Assembly: GCF_009914755.1 (NCBI RefSeq)
Contig: NC_060937.1
DNA: 64,000 nt
Direction: 5' to 3' (one strand)
Source: the human T2T-CHM13v2.0 reference genome, Homo sapiens
Shown: one piece after another, positions 1 through 12,930 of the stretch
How the letters are laid out: every line of letters begins with the position of its first letter
How positions within the stretch are numbered: the stretch's first letter is position 1
Position numbers and translations under genes: made by a program
Notes under the pieces: generated by a model
The model's input: only the letters and a program-made list of their open reading frames with translations
What the model was told of the DNA's origin: nothing
Databases searched by the model: none

Positions 1-916
1 CATCTCAGGCCTAGAGGCACAGGCAGGAATTTGTGCAGCCCAGTGACTTGGGTGCCCTGTTTCCCACCGATCCAGCCATGGCTGAAAGAGGTCAATGTAG
101 AGCTCAGGCCATGGTTTCAGAGGGGGCAAGACCCAAGCCTTGGCAGCTTCCACATGATGTTGAGCATGTGAGTATACAGAAGTCAAAAATTGAGGTTTGG
201 GAAACTCTGCCTAGATTTCAGAGATATATACACATGCCTGGATGCCCAGGCAGATGTTTGCTGCAGGGTCAGGGCCCTCATGGAGAACCTCTGTCAGGGC
301 AATGCAGAAACAAAAAGTGGGGTGAGAGCTTCCACACAAAGTCCTTACTGGGACACCATCTAGTGGAGCTGTGAGAAGAGGCCAAACATCCACCAGACCC
401 CAGAATGGTAGATCCACTGAGAGCTTGCATCATGTACCCGGAAAAACCACAGACACTCAATGCCAGCCTGTGAAGGCAGCCAGGAGGGAGGCTGTACTCT
501 CCAAAGCCACTGGGGCAGAGTTGCTGAAGACCATGGGAACTCACCTCTTGCATTAGTGTGACTGGATGTGAGACATGGAGTCAAAGGAGATCATTTTGGA
601 ACTTTAAGATTTGACTGCCCCACTGGATTTTGGACTTGCAAGCGGTCTATAACCCCTTCATTTTGGCCAATTTCTCCCATTTGGAATGGCTGTATTTGCC
701 CAATGCCTTTACTCTCATTGTATCTAGGAAGTAAGTAACTTACTTTTGATTTTATAGGCTCAGAGGTGGAAGGGACTTGATTTGTCTTAGATGAGACTTT
801 GTACTGCGGACTTGAGAGTTAATGTTGAAATGAGTTAAGACTTTGGGGGATGGTTGGGAAGGCATGATTGGTTTTGAAATGTGAGGACATGAGATTTAGG
901 AGGGATCGGGGTGGAA
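1..916 (+). mobile_element. THE1-type MaLR internal sequence (3' part, continues left of the window)
   Basis: MaLR-int motifs (agaatggtagatccactga, gagacatggagtcaaaggagatcattttgga) ending in a purine tract just before the LTR. Confidence 0.9.
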
Positions 917-1266
917 TGATATTTTTTGGCTGTGTCCCCACCCAAATCTCCTCTTGAATTCCCATGAGTTATGGAAGGGACCCAGTGGGAGGTAATTGAA
1001 ACATGGGGGCAGGTCTTTCCTATGCTGTTCTCATGATAGTAAGTCTCATGAGGTATGATGGTTTTAGAAATGGGAGTTTCCCTACACAAGTTCTCTTCTC
1101 TTGTTTGCCATCATTTGAGACGTGCCTTTCCAATTCCACTATGATTGTGAGGACTCCCCAGCCATGTGAAACTGTAAGTCCAATAGACTTTTTTTTTTTT
1201 TTTTTTTTTGTAAATTGCCCGGTCTCAGGCATATCTTTATCAGCAGTGTGAAAACGGACTAATACA
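917..1266 (+). mobile_element. THE1B-like 3' LTR
   Basis: Starts tgatattttttggctgtgtccccacccaaatctc and ends gaaaacggactaataca; T-run expansion at 1189-1209. Confidence 0.9.
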
Positions 1267-3523
1267 CACTGCTATAAAGAACTACATGAGACTGGGTAAT
1301 TTATGAAGAAAAAGGTTTAATTGACTCACAATTCCACAGGCTGTACAGGAAGCTGGCTGAAGAGGTCTTCAGGAATCTTACAATTGTGGTGGAAGGGCAA
1401 AGGGGAAGCAAGCACCTTCTTCACATGGTGCTTGGTGCAGTGGGAGAGAGAGAGCGAAGGGGGGGAGTGCTATACATTTTTAAACAACCAGACATCATGA
1501 GAACTCACTCACTATTATGAGAACAGCAAGAGGAAGTCTGCCACCATGATCCAGTCACCTCCCACCAGATCATCCCCCAACATTGCAGATTACAATTCAA
1601 CATGAGATTTGGATGGGGACGCAGAGCCAAAACGTATTATTCTGCCCCTGGCCCCTCCCAAATTATATGACATTCTCACATTTCAAAACCAAGTATGCCT
1701 TCCCAACAGTTTCCAAAGTCTTAACACTTTCCAACATTATCTCAAAAGTCCAAGTCCAAAGTCTCATCTGAGACAAGGCAAATCCCTTCTGCCCATGAAC
1801 CTGTAAAATCAAAAAAGTTAGTTACTTCTAAGATACAATGCAGGTACAGGCATTGGGTAAATAAACCTGTTGCTAAAGGCAGAAAGAAGCCAAAATAAAG
1901 GGGCTACAGGCTGTATGCAAGGCCAACACCCAGCAGGGCAGTCATTAAATCTTAAAGCTCCAAAATAATCTTCTTTGACTCTGTATTACATCCAAGCCAC
2001 ACTGATATTAAGGGGTGGGTTCCTAAGACCTTGGGTAGCTCCACCCCTGTGGCTCTGCAGGATACAGCCCCTGTGCCTGCTTTCACAGTGTGACATTGAA
2101 TGCCTGTGGCTTTTCCAGGTGCATGGTGCAAGCTGTCAGTGGATCTACCATTCTAGTGTCTGGAGGATAGTGGCCCTCTTCAACAGCTCCACTAGGCATT
2201 GCCCCAGTGGGGACTCTGTGTAGGGGCTCTAACCCCACAGTTTCCCTTTGCATTGCCCTGGTAGAGGTTATCCATAAGGACTCTGCCCTGCAGCAGACTT
2301 CTGCCTGGACATTCAGGAGTTTCCATACATCCTCTGAAATCTACACGAAGGCTCTCAAACCTCAACTCTTGCCTTCTGCACACCTTCAGGTCCAACACCA
2401 CATGGAAGCCACCAAGGGTTGGAGCTTGCACCTCCTGAAGCCATAGCGCAAGCTGTACCTTGACCCCTTTTAGCCATGTCTGGAGCTGAAGCAGCTGGGA
2501 CATGAGTCACCATTTTCTGAGGCTGAGAAGAGAAGCAGGGCCCTGGGCCTGGCTGACAAAACCATTTTTCCCTCCTAGGCCTCTGGGTCTGTGATGGGAA
2601 TGGGTGTCATGAAGGTCTCTGAAATGGCTTGGAGTTATTTTCTCCATTGTGTTGGCTATTAACATTCAGCTTCTTTGTACTTATGTAAATTTCCTCAGCC
2701 TTGAATTCCTCCATAGAAAAATGGGTTTTACTTTTCTATCACATGGTCATGTTGCACATTTTCCAAACTTTTATTCTCTGTTTTCTTTTAAATAATTTCC
2801 CATTTCAGACAATGTCTTTGCAGACACACATGAGCAAGGGCACAATGCCACCAGTCTTTTTGCTAAAGCATAACAAGAGTGACCTTTACTCTTGTTCTCC
2901 ATAAGTTCCTCATCACTATCTGAGAACACCTCAGCCTGGACTTCACTTGTTCAATTCACTATCAGTATTTTGGTCACAACCATTTAATAAGTCTCTCAGA
3001 AGTTCCAAACTTTCCCTCATCTTCCTGTTTTCTTCTGAGCCCTCCAATGCCTTCCAACCTCTGCCTGTTACCCAGTTCCAAAGCTGCTTCCATATTTTCA
3101 GGTCTCTTTATAGCAAAGCCATACCTCTCTGGTACCAACTTTCTCTATTATTCTATTCTCACATTACTATAAAGAACTTCCTGAGACTGAATAATTTATG
3201 AAGAAAACAGGTTTAATTGACTCAGTTCCACAGGTTGTATAGGAAGCACGGCTGGGAGGCCTCAGGAAACTTACAATCATGGCAGAAGGCGAAGGGGAAG
3301 CAAGCACATTCTATATGGCTGCAGCAGGAGAAAGAGAGTGAAGGGGGAAGTGTCATACACTTTTAAACAACCAGATCTCATAAGAAGTCACTCACTATCA
3401 CAAGAACAGCAAGGCAGAAATCTGACTCCATGATCCAATCACCTCCCACTAGATCCCTCCCCAACACTGGGGATTATAATTGGATATGAGATTTGGGTGG
3501 GGATACACAGCCAAAGCATATCA
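1267..3523 (-). mobile_element. Full-length MSTA-like MaLR element (3' LTR 1267-1639, internal 1640-3143, 5' LTR 3144-3523)
   Basis: Two homologous LTRs (ctataaagaact..tgagactg..aatttatgaagaaaa ... agccaaa..tatca) flank a ~1.5-kb internal region with a ggtacca start motif and a polypurine tract on the minus strand. The left LTR lacks ~18 terminal bases where THE1B abuts. Confidence 0.9.
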
Positions 3524-3569
3524 GTACCTCATGGTCCAGTCAAATTTATAAATAAAATTAACCATAACA
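3524..3569 (-). mobile_element. Terminal remnant of an MLT2-family (ERVL) LTR
   Basis: ggtccagtcaaatttataaataaaattaaccataaca resembles the MLT2 end ggcccagtcaagttgacacataaaattaaccatcaca. Confidence 0.6.
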
Positions 3570-4782
3570 AGTGATATAATTCATTAGTCTGAGATAGTTA
3601 TGAAGAGCATAATAGAAGACAAAGGATATTAAAAATGAGAAAAAATAAAGAAATAGATACAAATTTTTTCATACATACAAAAATATTTTTTAAGAGTGTA
3701 CTGTGCCTCAGCTTATAGCTGGACACTGGAAAGTAAGAGAGAACATATTGATGTGGCCCTATTCCCATGGTGCTTAAATGTGAAAATAAAAATGTATATA
3801 TGATATAAAACTTTACTGAGATTTACTAGAAACTGAAATTTTATTATGCAGGTTTTTAGGAACAAGTTAATGCATGAGGATGAGTTATAGAAATTCACCC
3901 CTTTAAAGATAAAATGTATAACATTACCTATATAAGCAGAAAAGAAGTTAATCCCACCCCAAAAGAATAGTCTTATGGCTACAAAAATGGTTACCCCTCC
4001 CCAAAACTATACCCTTATTAAATGTTATTTATTTCCACTGTGAAGAAAAAATAACAGATATCTAAATTAGCAAAAATATACTAGACTTTTAAACTTTCTG
4101 AAGAAAGAAATCTAAATGTCACTTTTGACATATGAAATATAAATACAAATATAAAGCTGATATTTCAAAATGTACAGAATAAACTTTTGTAAATATAGAA
4201 AATGTTAAATAAGTTATTAAATTATTTTATTATTAATTTGCCAAATTATTAATAATAATTGGATGGTTAGGAATATATATTTACATATTAGTATCCAATA
4301 TTATGTTGTATGTTTTTCTATAAAACAGAGTTTTTACACAGTAAGGAGCAGCCAACTATCCTTTTACTGTTGATATAGCAGAGAATAAGGGTGACACAAT
4401 CTGTAATTCCATGTAACTTTCGCTTCAGTGTTGGGGGAAAATAAATTATAAAGTAAACTCGTAAACAAAAACACATACCTCAAACTGGATAGACAAAGAA
4501 AGTCTCTAAGAAAATGGTATTTTGCTGAGACCTAAATTGCAAGGAGAATTGGTCATGGGAAAGTTGAAGGAAGAGTATTCCATGAAGAGAGAAGAAAGGA
4601 ATTTCACATGAATGAAAAATGGTGTCAGGGAACCGACAATATGAGGGTAGCATTGAGGAAGCTAGAAAGTAGAGGATTGCAAGCAGAAGAAAGTATATTG
4701 ATTTTTTCAAAATATTGTAATGTATTTTATTTAACCCACTGTATCAAAATATCATTTAAACAAGTAATTACAGAAAAAGAAT

Positions 4783-5195
4783 TTATTATTTATGTATTTA
4801 GTTTTGATTAGCAAGTACAAATTATACACATTTATAGAGTACAAAATGATGTCTGGATAGATGCAAACCACTGTGGAATGACCAAATCAAGCCATTCAGC
4901 ATATGCATTATCTCACATACGTATATTTACCTTATTATCATCTACTCTCTCCGCAATTTTCAAATATGCAATATATTGCTATTAACTCTAGTTTCTACGA
5001 TTTACAGTAGATCTCCTGAACTGATTTCTCCTCTAACTAAAATGTTGTGTCCTTTGACCAACATTTCTCCAATTCTCCCGTTCCCTTAGCCTCCAGTAGC
5101 CACCATTTTATTCTCTGTTTCTCAGTTTAAATTCACTTTTCACACGGCACATATAAGTGAGACGTATTGTTTTTCTGTGCCTGATTTACTTTAAT
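4783..5195 (-). mobile_element. L1MA-type LINE-1 3' end
   Basis: aatcaagcc..catatgcattatctcacata, agatctcctgaact, ctttgaccaacatttctcc, cacatataagtgaga. Confidence 0.8.
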
Positions 5196-5548
5196 ATTAA
5201 AATATCAATTCTTTTTAAGCGCAAAGGAAAGACTAAAAGATTTTAAGCAGGGTGGTAGACATAATTTATTTCTTTACTTTTGAGCCTGGAATTTAGAAGG
5301 TAATACTGGACTTAACAATGTCGGAAAAAAAGATTCTGATTTTGTTTTTGTTTTTCCACAGTAAAACATTTGGGAAATAATGGTGCCATAAATAAATAAA
5401 TATATTAATAATAATTATGATGTTATATTTTTCAATGATAAATATATTACACCCTAATATTACATTAATATAATATGCAGGGGATAGATTAATGAATGGA
5501 TAAATAGATGATAGACAGTAATATGTAATACATATTCATACTCTACAA

Positions 5549-5756
5549 CAGGGCCTGGCAAACTTTTGCTGTAAAGGACTGTAGCAAATATTTTATATCT
5601 TCAGGCCATATAGTCTGTTCTGCAACTAACTAACATGTCTTTGTAACATGAAAACAGGCATTGACAATACATAAATGAATGGGTGTGTGTATAGTCCAAT
5701 AAAAATTTATAATAACAGGTAATAAGCCATATTTGCTCATAGCTTTCCAGTTTCTA
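5549..5756 (+). mobile_element. MER58A-like hAT DNA transposon (MITE)
   Basis: cagggcctggcaaactttt..gtaaagg..aaatgaatgggtgtg..ccaataaaa; 8-bp TSD ctctacaa (5541-5548) / ctctagaa (5757-5764). Confidence 0.8.
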
Positions 5757-7164
5757 CTCTAGAATATAGAATACATCATTTATAATCTGTGATATAATTT
5801 GATAAATAAGAATACATTATGAGAGTTTGTTATATGAATTTAATACAATACATATTTATAAAATGTAATGCTTTATATTTAATGTTTGTGTTACATCATA
5901 TGCTATTTTATTATATAGCATGTGATATTATACAACATATTTGTATAATAGCATGATGAGTAACATATAAACTGTATATAATACCTACAATATCATAAAG
6001 ATGATCTACAACATAGAATATATAGTATATAAAGTTCATCATAGTGTGCATGACAGATAATGATATTATTTTTATGAAGTCCCAATTTATTATTCTTGTG
6101 CCAGACCAAGAATACTTTTTGTTTGTTTTAGGCTTCAATAAAGCCTAAAACAAAAAGTAATTAAATAATTATGCCTAGGATTCAACAAAGTCATTACTTT
6201 ATTGTTTGCTTATAGTGAAATACTGTTATGTTCTTCCTAAAATTATTAGGGGAACTTTATGTACTTGCTTATAAGCAAACAGGTTAATAAACTAAGTTAA
6301 CAACAAACAATTTGTTGAAAATGGGATTATGTATCAGTTACATGTTTGTATATTTGTTTGGCAATGTAATGGTTTTTAATTCAGTAATAGTTGTTTCCAG
6401 TCTAGATAGGGGTTTGCACTTCCAGATCTACACAGATCTATCCATTTCCTGTGTGTTTCTTCTTAGAAGCTAAATTGTTAGTTATCATTACTTCTAACTT
6501 TGTTATCAGGGTTATGTTACATTTGTGGTTCCTGATGGCATATGAAATTGAGACCTGCTGCCATAGAGCAAACACTTCACTTCTGAGGCCATTCTTTAAA
6601 CAATTATGCACAATTTATGAACCCCCTCCTCAATTTTTAACCTGCTGCCCTCTGTTGTTTACAGTTTTTCATGTTGGAAAAACTTTTCTTTGAACATTTG
6701 TACCACAGTAGAGGGTAATAGGGATTGAGTTCACAATTCTGTCTCTGACCAGCTCAAAATATATTTCTTCTTTCATTTTAGGTAGAAATCTTCCTGTTGC
6801 TTTTCTTTTCTATGCTTATCATAAGAAATAAGTGTTTTTGGTTTTGTTTTCATTATTGCAGCCTCTGCACTCTGGATTTATGTACAGATACTTGGTGGAA
6901 GCAATTATGTCAAACCTCTCTTGGCACTATCTGCCTGTTGTGGTTAAACATATACCATGCAATGAGTAATCAAGACTGTATTCCAAATTCAACCTTTCTA
7001 TCATTCTTTTAGTAGAAAACTTCTCCAGGCAAAAGCAAACATTCAGTGCTGTTGCCAGACTTTGATTTTCCTGTATTCTCAAGGATGTTTTAAAGAGAGA
7101 AAGAAGTTTTATATTTGGAACTGAAAAAAAATTGCCATAATGTTACTATCAGCAAAGATTATCT

Positions 7165-7283
7165 GTTTACCTGTCTGTCTCCTCCACTCTTCCCTGAACT
7201 CTTTGAGGTATGGTCTTTGAATCTCTGAAGCCTAAAACAGTTAATGACATACAATAGCCATTCAGTAAATATTTACTGAATAA
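7165..7283 (+). mobile_element. L2 LINE 3' end fragment
   Basis: tgtctgtctcctccact ... gcctaaaacagt..catacaatagccattcagtaaatatttactgaat. Confidence 0.55.
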
Positions 7284-10169
7284 GCCTTCCCTCTGAGGGT
7301 TGCACCTGCTCTGAATTGACTTTATGTCTGTCTTCACAATGCTTTGTTAATCTATGAAAGCAGTAAATATCTTAGATCTTTCGGATCAGTATCCCTAGGG
7401 TAATGCTTGATTTCACTTTATAAACATATGTGAAAGATAAAGGGTACATAAGGAAACAGAGAAGGGAAGGAATAATCAATGACTCCTTTCATACAGAGGA
7501 GCTTGCCTTTCACTTGTCAGAGTGTTGCAGTAAAAAAGTCAAAGTTACCAAAGTTTTTTTTTTTCTATAGAGCATTCTACATGTGTAATTGTATTTTAAT
7601 GCAGTAATATATTCATGAACTGATGGTGAAATACTAACATATAAAAGATCCAGGAAAACTGAAAATGAAATTGTTTCAGAAAAAAATTGAACTAATATAT
7701 TTCCTCTGTTACTGCCCAAGACTAAGGAAATACATTTGAAAGCTGTAAATAAATAAATGTATTTAATTCTTCTTGGAAAATTGAGAATAACTTAAGTATT
7801 TAACCAGAAGCTAGAACTGGAAAATTCACATTATTGTAAGGATGCTATATACACCTAGTGTATTACATCTGTTATGTAATTTAACCTGCTGCTTTCAAAA
7901 ACATGGAACAATCATTCCACATTTTTAAAGAAATTTTTGTACAAAACTCTGGCAACAATTTTTACTTTGGGAATTTTCTTCTGAAAATTCACTGTTAGGC
8001 TTAAAGTTGAGAAAACAATTTCTTGGGGAAAATGTTAAATTAAATTAAATATCTTGATTCAAATATCACTACAGATCTTAGTTAAATGAAAAAAATGTTC
8101 TTTTTAAAATCATTTAATATTAATATATTTCAGAGAAAATAATCATATATTGCAGAATTCAGATATTTTATCTCTCAGTAGTGATAATTGTTGGCCTTAA
8201 AAAAATAAAAAGCACGTCTGAGCCATATATTTGTCAAATATATGGCTATACATACCATATATAAGTACCAATGTCATAAAATATTGTTATTCTACAAATT
8301 TCTATCTCTGGGTGTAAACACAAACACACATAATATTTAAATGTATAGTAATAACTAATAATAATAATACCGTGGTACTCAATGTTAAAATCCTGAGATC
8401 TTAATGAAACTTGCAACTGTTGCAAATTTATTATGAGACCAGTTAAACTATTTGGAATCTAGCTTCATTTGCTGTATAATTATTAACTATATGCAATCTG
8501 TTATATTTAGTTTGCAGATCTAATATCAAGATAAAAATGCTAACGTATTTAAAATTACTTTGAGAAATCTTAAATGACATTTGTTTATATGCATTTTTAT
8601 AAAGCTCTTCAGATTAGTTATTTTACAAACCTCTTCATTTACTATTCTCTACACACATCATACAAGTTGGTAAGTACAATTTACTGTATTTTTCCAGAGA
8701 TGTTCTTATTTCAGATTCAGATTCCACTACACCTGTTCATTACTCTATGACAAGAACAACAAACCTTCATCACCCGGAAAATATGTTGGTATACTGATGA
8801 AACTTTCACTCCCTATTTGCATCTTCATTTTGTCTGGTATGGTCTGTCCAGGACCCTACTTAGCAATTTAGTAATCTGAACATAAGCATATGTCTCTTTA
8901 AATGTTTGGCCAGAAACTGGTGTTTCATCCTCTTAGGCATTATGCCATTATGTTGCATTATATAATATAATGGCCTTATGCTCTGACAAGAAGAATTTCC
9001 AACTGCCTGTTAAAAATCTTAACAGATGTATCTTTCATATGTGCAGATCACAAGTAAAATATTTGATTCAAGACTGGGTAGTTAGGCTATTGAAAAATTG
9101 ACTATTTCAATCTTTGTACAGGTACAAATATGTTTCTTCATCTTAGCAGGCACTGCTAAATGTTTCAGCAAAATAAAACACAAACGAATTTGGCGCAAAG
9201 TGGGAGGCTTTCTTTCTTAACGGAACCTATTTTATAGAGAGACTCTTTTCCTGGGCAAAGAGATATGACATTTGGGGGTAAGTTTCAGAATCCACACTAT
9301 CAAAACAATTTATAAGTTGTAAATAGGCTATTTGTTAATATTATAGGTAAATATTTGGATAAAATAATTACCTTCAATTCAGTTTTTTTTAGCATATTTG
9401 GACTGCTATGTAGAACCATAGTATAAATGAGTTTTTAGGTGAACAAAAATCTTGTGTTGATACCTTAACTTTCACCTAGTGTGCAATTTTATAAAATGAA
9501 ATTGAACACTTATTAGGAAGTGTTCGGGTTTTATAAATACACTTTTTAATGTGTAGAAACAGCTTGAATCACTCTGTAAGAAAAGTCTTTTGAACTAATT
9601 CTTTTCTTCTTGAGATGATCTCAAAGACTAACAACAAATTTCTGTTCTGAATTCATAGTGTGAGACCTATCTTGAGTTGTGGCTTGCTGTTTCTCAAGAA
9701 GAAAATGAAACTATGAGTGCTCAGTTCCCAAACATTCAATATTTAAGAAGTAGCATTGTACAAAAAGACATTAATCATTAAAAAGAAATTCCTTGGATTT
9801 TAAGTTTGAGAAATTATTTTCTTGTATTTGACATTATTACATTTTTTTCTTACAAGTCTTTCTAATAAAAAGTTATATTCTCAATGATACACTCTATGTT
9901 CTAGAGTTAAATGTTCTCTACTGTAATCTCTCCGGATTTCCTTGGCTTCTTTTGCTCTAACTCTGTTAATTTCAGTCAACTCCTAATGCATTTGGGTTTG
10001 ACTATTACAATGTTTTTTATTTATATATTTTGTGAAATATAAGATGCCATCAATTAAAAAATACATTATTGATTTAGCTACCCTTAAGAACTCCAACACA
10101 GTTAAATACCTATCACACAATACTTCCTTAGAATTTTTATTTTTTATCAATTATAAAATTTTTAAAAAT

Positions 10170-11050
10170 ACTTATTTAGTATAGATTTTAAAATAATATA
10201 TCATCATTTTAAAATGTTGAAGTGGATTCAAATGTACAGACAAGTTACAATAAAGCACAAAAATATTTTTGAACAATTTGAGTGAAAGTTGCCAACATGT
10301 TGCTCTATTACCCCAGAATGCTTCAGTTTTTGTTTCTTACAAATATTTCTCATACGTAATCACTATATAGCCAAAAAATTCATGAAATTCACATTGATGC
10401 ATCATTTTATTCTAATACCAAGATCACATGCAAACTCTGCCAATTGTCCTGATATTGTCCTGTAGAGCATGAACTAGTTCTACATCATTTTTTATTCAGT
10501 TGTCATATATACTTAGTTTGGAACTGTTCAAGTCTTCCCTTAGCATTTTATGAATTGACAATGTTAAAAACTACAGAACAATATTTTTTCTAGGACTTTC
10601 AATAATGGTGGTGTGTCTGATGTTTCCACATAAAATTAGGTGCAGGTATTGCATCTCTGACAAGAATCTCACAGACTTGATGCAATGGTCTTCTCATTGC
10701 AGACTATCAGGTGGCACATGTTTTTTATTTGTCCCATTGCTAATAATGTTCATTTGGATCACATAGTTAAGATTTTGTCTGCCAAATATTTTGACTATGA
10801 AATTACATTTTTTGTTTGCTATTAATAATTATTGGGTATGTGTACTTTGAAATTATAAAAATACCATTCTATATCAATATATTCATTGATTTACTTGTCA
10901 TAATGGACTGATAAAAATCATAGTTTACTCTTCTATTTAATACTTTATAATCTGTTGTTATGAATATTTAAACTAATGATCACATTTTCCTAGATTGGCT
11001 AGGGACAACTACTAGCTGGCCTCTGTGCCCTTTTGATATGGCCACATTTT
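10170..11050 (-). mobile_element. Old L1 (L1MC/L1ME-like) 3' UTR
   Basis: gtgtgtctgatgtttcc, atcaggtggcacatg, tttggatcac..gttaag, gctggcctctgtgcccttttgatat. Confidence 0.6.
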
Positions 11051-11059
11051 ATTTTCTTG

Positions 11060-11600
11060 TTTCATTTATTTACATACAGTTTTTATGATGAAAATCCATA
11101 TATACAATAAAATTCACCCATTATAAGTATACTGGTCTATAAATTTTAGTAAGTACATGTAGTTGCACACTCATCATCAGAGTCTAGGCTTAGAACACTT
11201 CACTTACCCTAAAACATTAGTCCTTCACCTTGTGCAATCTATCACTACAATCTATCACTATATCAGAAGCCCAAGGCAATCTCTATTCTATTTTCTGTCT
11301 CCATAGTTGTGTCTTTTCTAGAAATTTTCTAAAAATGGGATCATCTAAAATGTAGCCTTTTGTGTTAGTCTTCTTTCAATTAACCGGAAAGTAACTCTCT
11401 TGATATTCATTTGTTTTGGGATATATCTATAGTCTGCTCCTTTTAATTTATGAAATGTATTCCAAAGCATGAATAGGCCATATCAAGCTTATTAATTTGT
11501 AGTTGATAAACACTTATAATATTTTCAATATTACAAATAATTCTAGCCTGGATATTCATGTACAAGTGTTTACATGGGCATGTGTTATTTTACTTCACTT
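11060..11600 (-). mobile_element. Old L1 (L1MB/L1ME-like) 3' end
   Basis: atacaataaaattcaccca..aagtatac, ttttctgtctccatag, aaatgggatcat..tgtagccttttgtg, attcatgtacaagt. Confidence 0.7.
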
Positions 11601-12482
11601 TTAGCAATAAATGGAAGAGAGAATTAGCATGGTAGTGAGAGGATCCATTCTGATAACTATTTTCTTAATAAATAAAAGATTTCTCTGTATTGGAAAAGGC
11701 AGGACAGAATAATCAGATTTAAATATTAATAGAAAAATTATAGGATAAAAATACTATCTTTAATATGTATGCAAGAAATCATTTTAGACAAAATAAAATT
11801 TTAGTCCCACCAGCTAGGTTAAGTTATTGAATCAATGAGTAAGTGATTTAATAAACAAATTAATATACATTGAAAATGTCCTTCAAAGGAATGCATAGAC
11901 AATAACATAAAGAAAAGACAGATAAATATTAATTTTTTCAAGGCATTCACTAAAAATGTCTAGCTTTAGAAAAATAAATCAATAAAGAAAAATATTGTAC
12001 ATTTCTTAATATAATGTAATTTTTATAAACATGAAATATATAGCATGTGAACTCATGTTCTTCTAAATTTATATTTAAAATAAAAATATTGTAATAACTT
12101 ATAACATCATGTTTTCTTTTATACTTAATGTATATTTCATTAAATATTACTCATGCATAAACATACATGTTTGAATGTAATTAGTTTGTTTCAATAATAC
12201 TTGTTTGATATGATTATTCAGCAACTTTTATAAAATATTATATAAAGGCATAATTATTTCCAAAAATCTGAAATACTACAATTACATGTGATTAATTGAG
12301 CTATACAAAATAGAAAGTGAAAAGCATTTAAAATATTAGAAAAAAGTATTTTCCATAAACGAAGCTCTAATTCACAGAACTGTCATTATTGCCTCATTTT
12401 ACTCACACAGAATATAGTACTCGCACAATGATTTTTAAAAATACATATTTTCTTTAACTATACAGACATGATTTAATAACTA

Positions 12483-12773
<291 letters not shown>

Positions 12774-12900
12774 TATATATATATAGATATATCTATATTT
12801 ATATACATCTCACTAGTTACATATCTTGTCAAATCAATGAGGATACCAATAAATTCTTCTATATCACAGTTTCTTTCACAGAAACATGAGACAGAGAGAA

Positions 12901-12930
12901 AAGGAAGGAAGGAAGGAAGGAAGGGAGGGA
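12901..12930. repeat. (GGAA)n/(GGGA)n microsatellite
   Basis: Seen directly. Confidence 0.85.

Noticed and set aside
33-3201. Cluster of 60-113 aa ORFs
   Set aside because: All lie within decayed MaLR internal or LTR sequence; they are fragments, not host genes.
7260-7281. Perfect 22-bp palindrome attcagtaaatatttactgaat
   Set aside because: It is the L2 3' terminus, which is intrinsically near-palindromic.
11235-11260. 13-bp tandem duplication (similar ones near 14900, 15188 and 39913)
   Set aside because: Common slippage events in old repeats.
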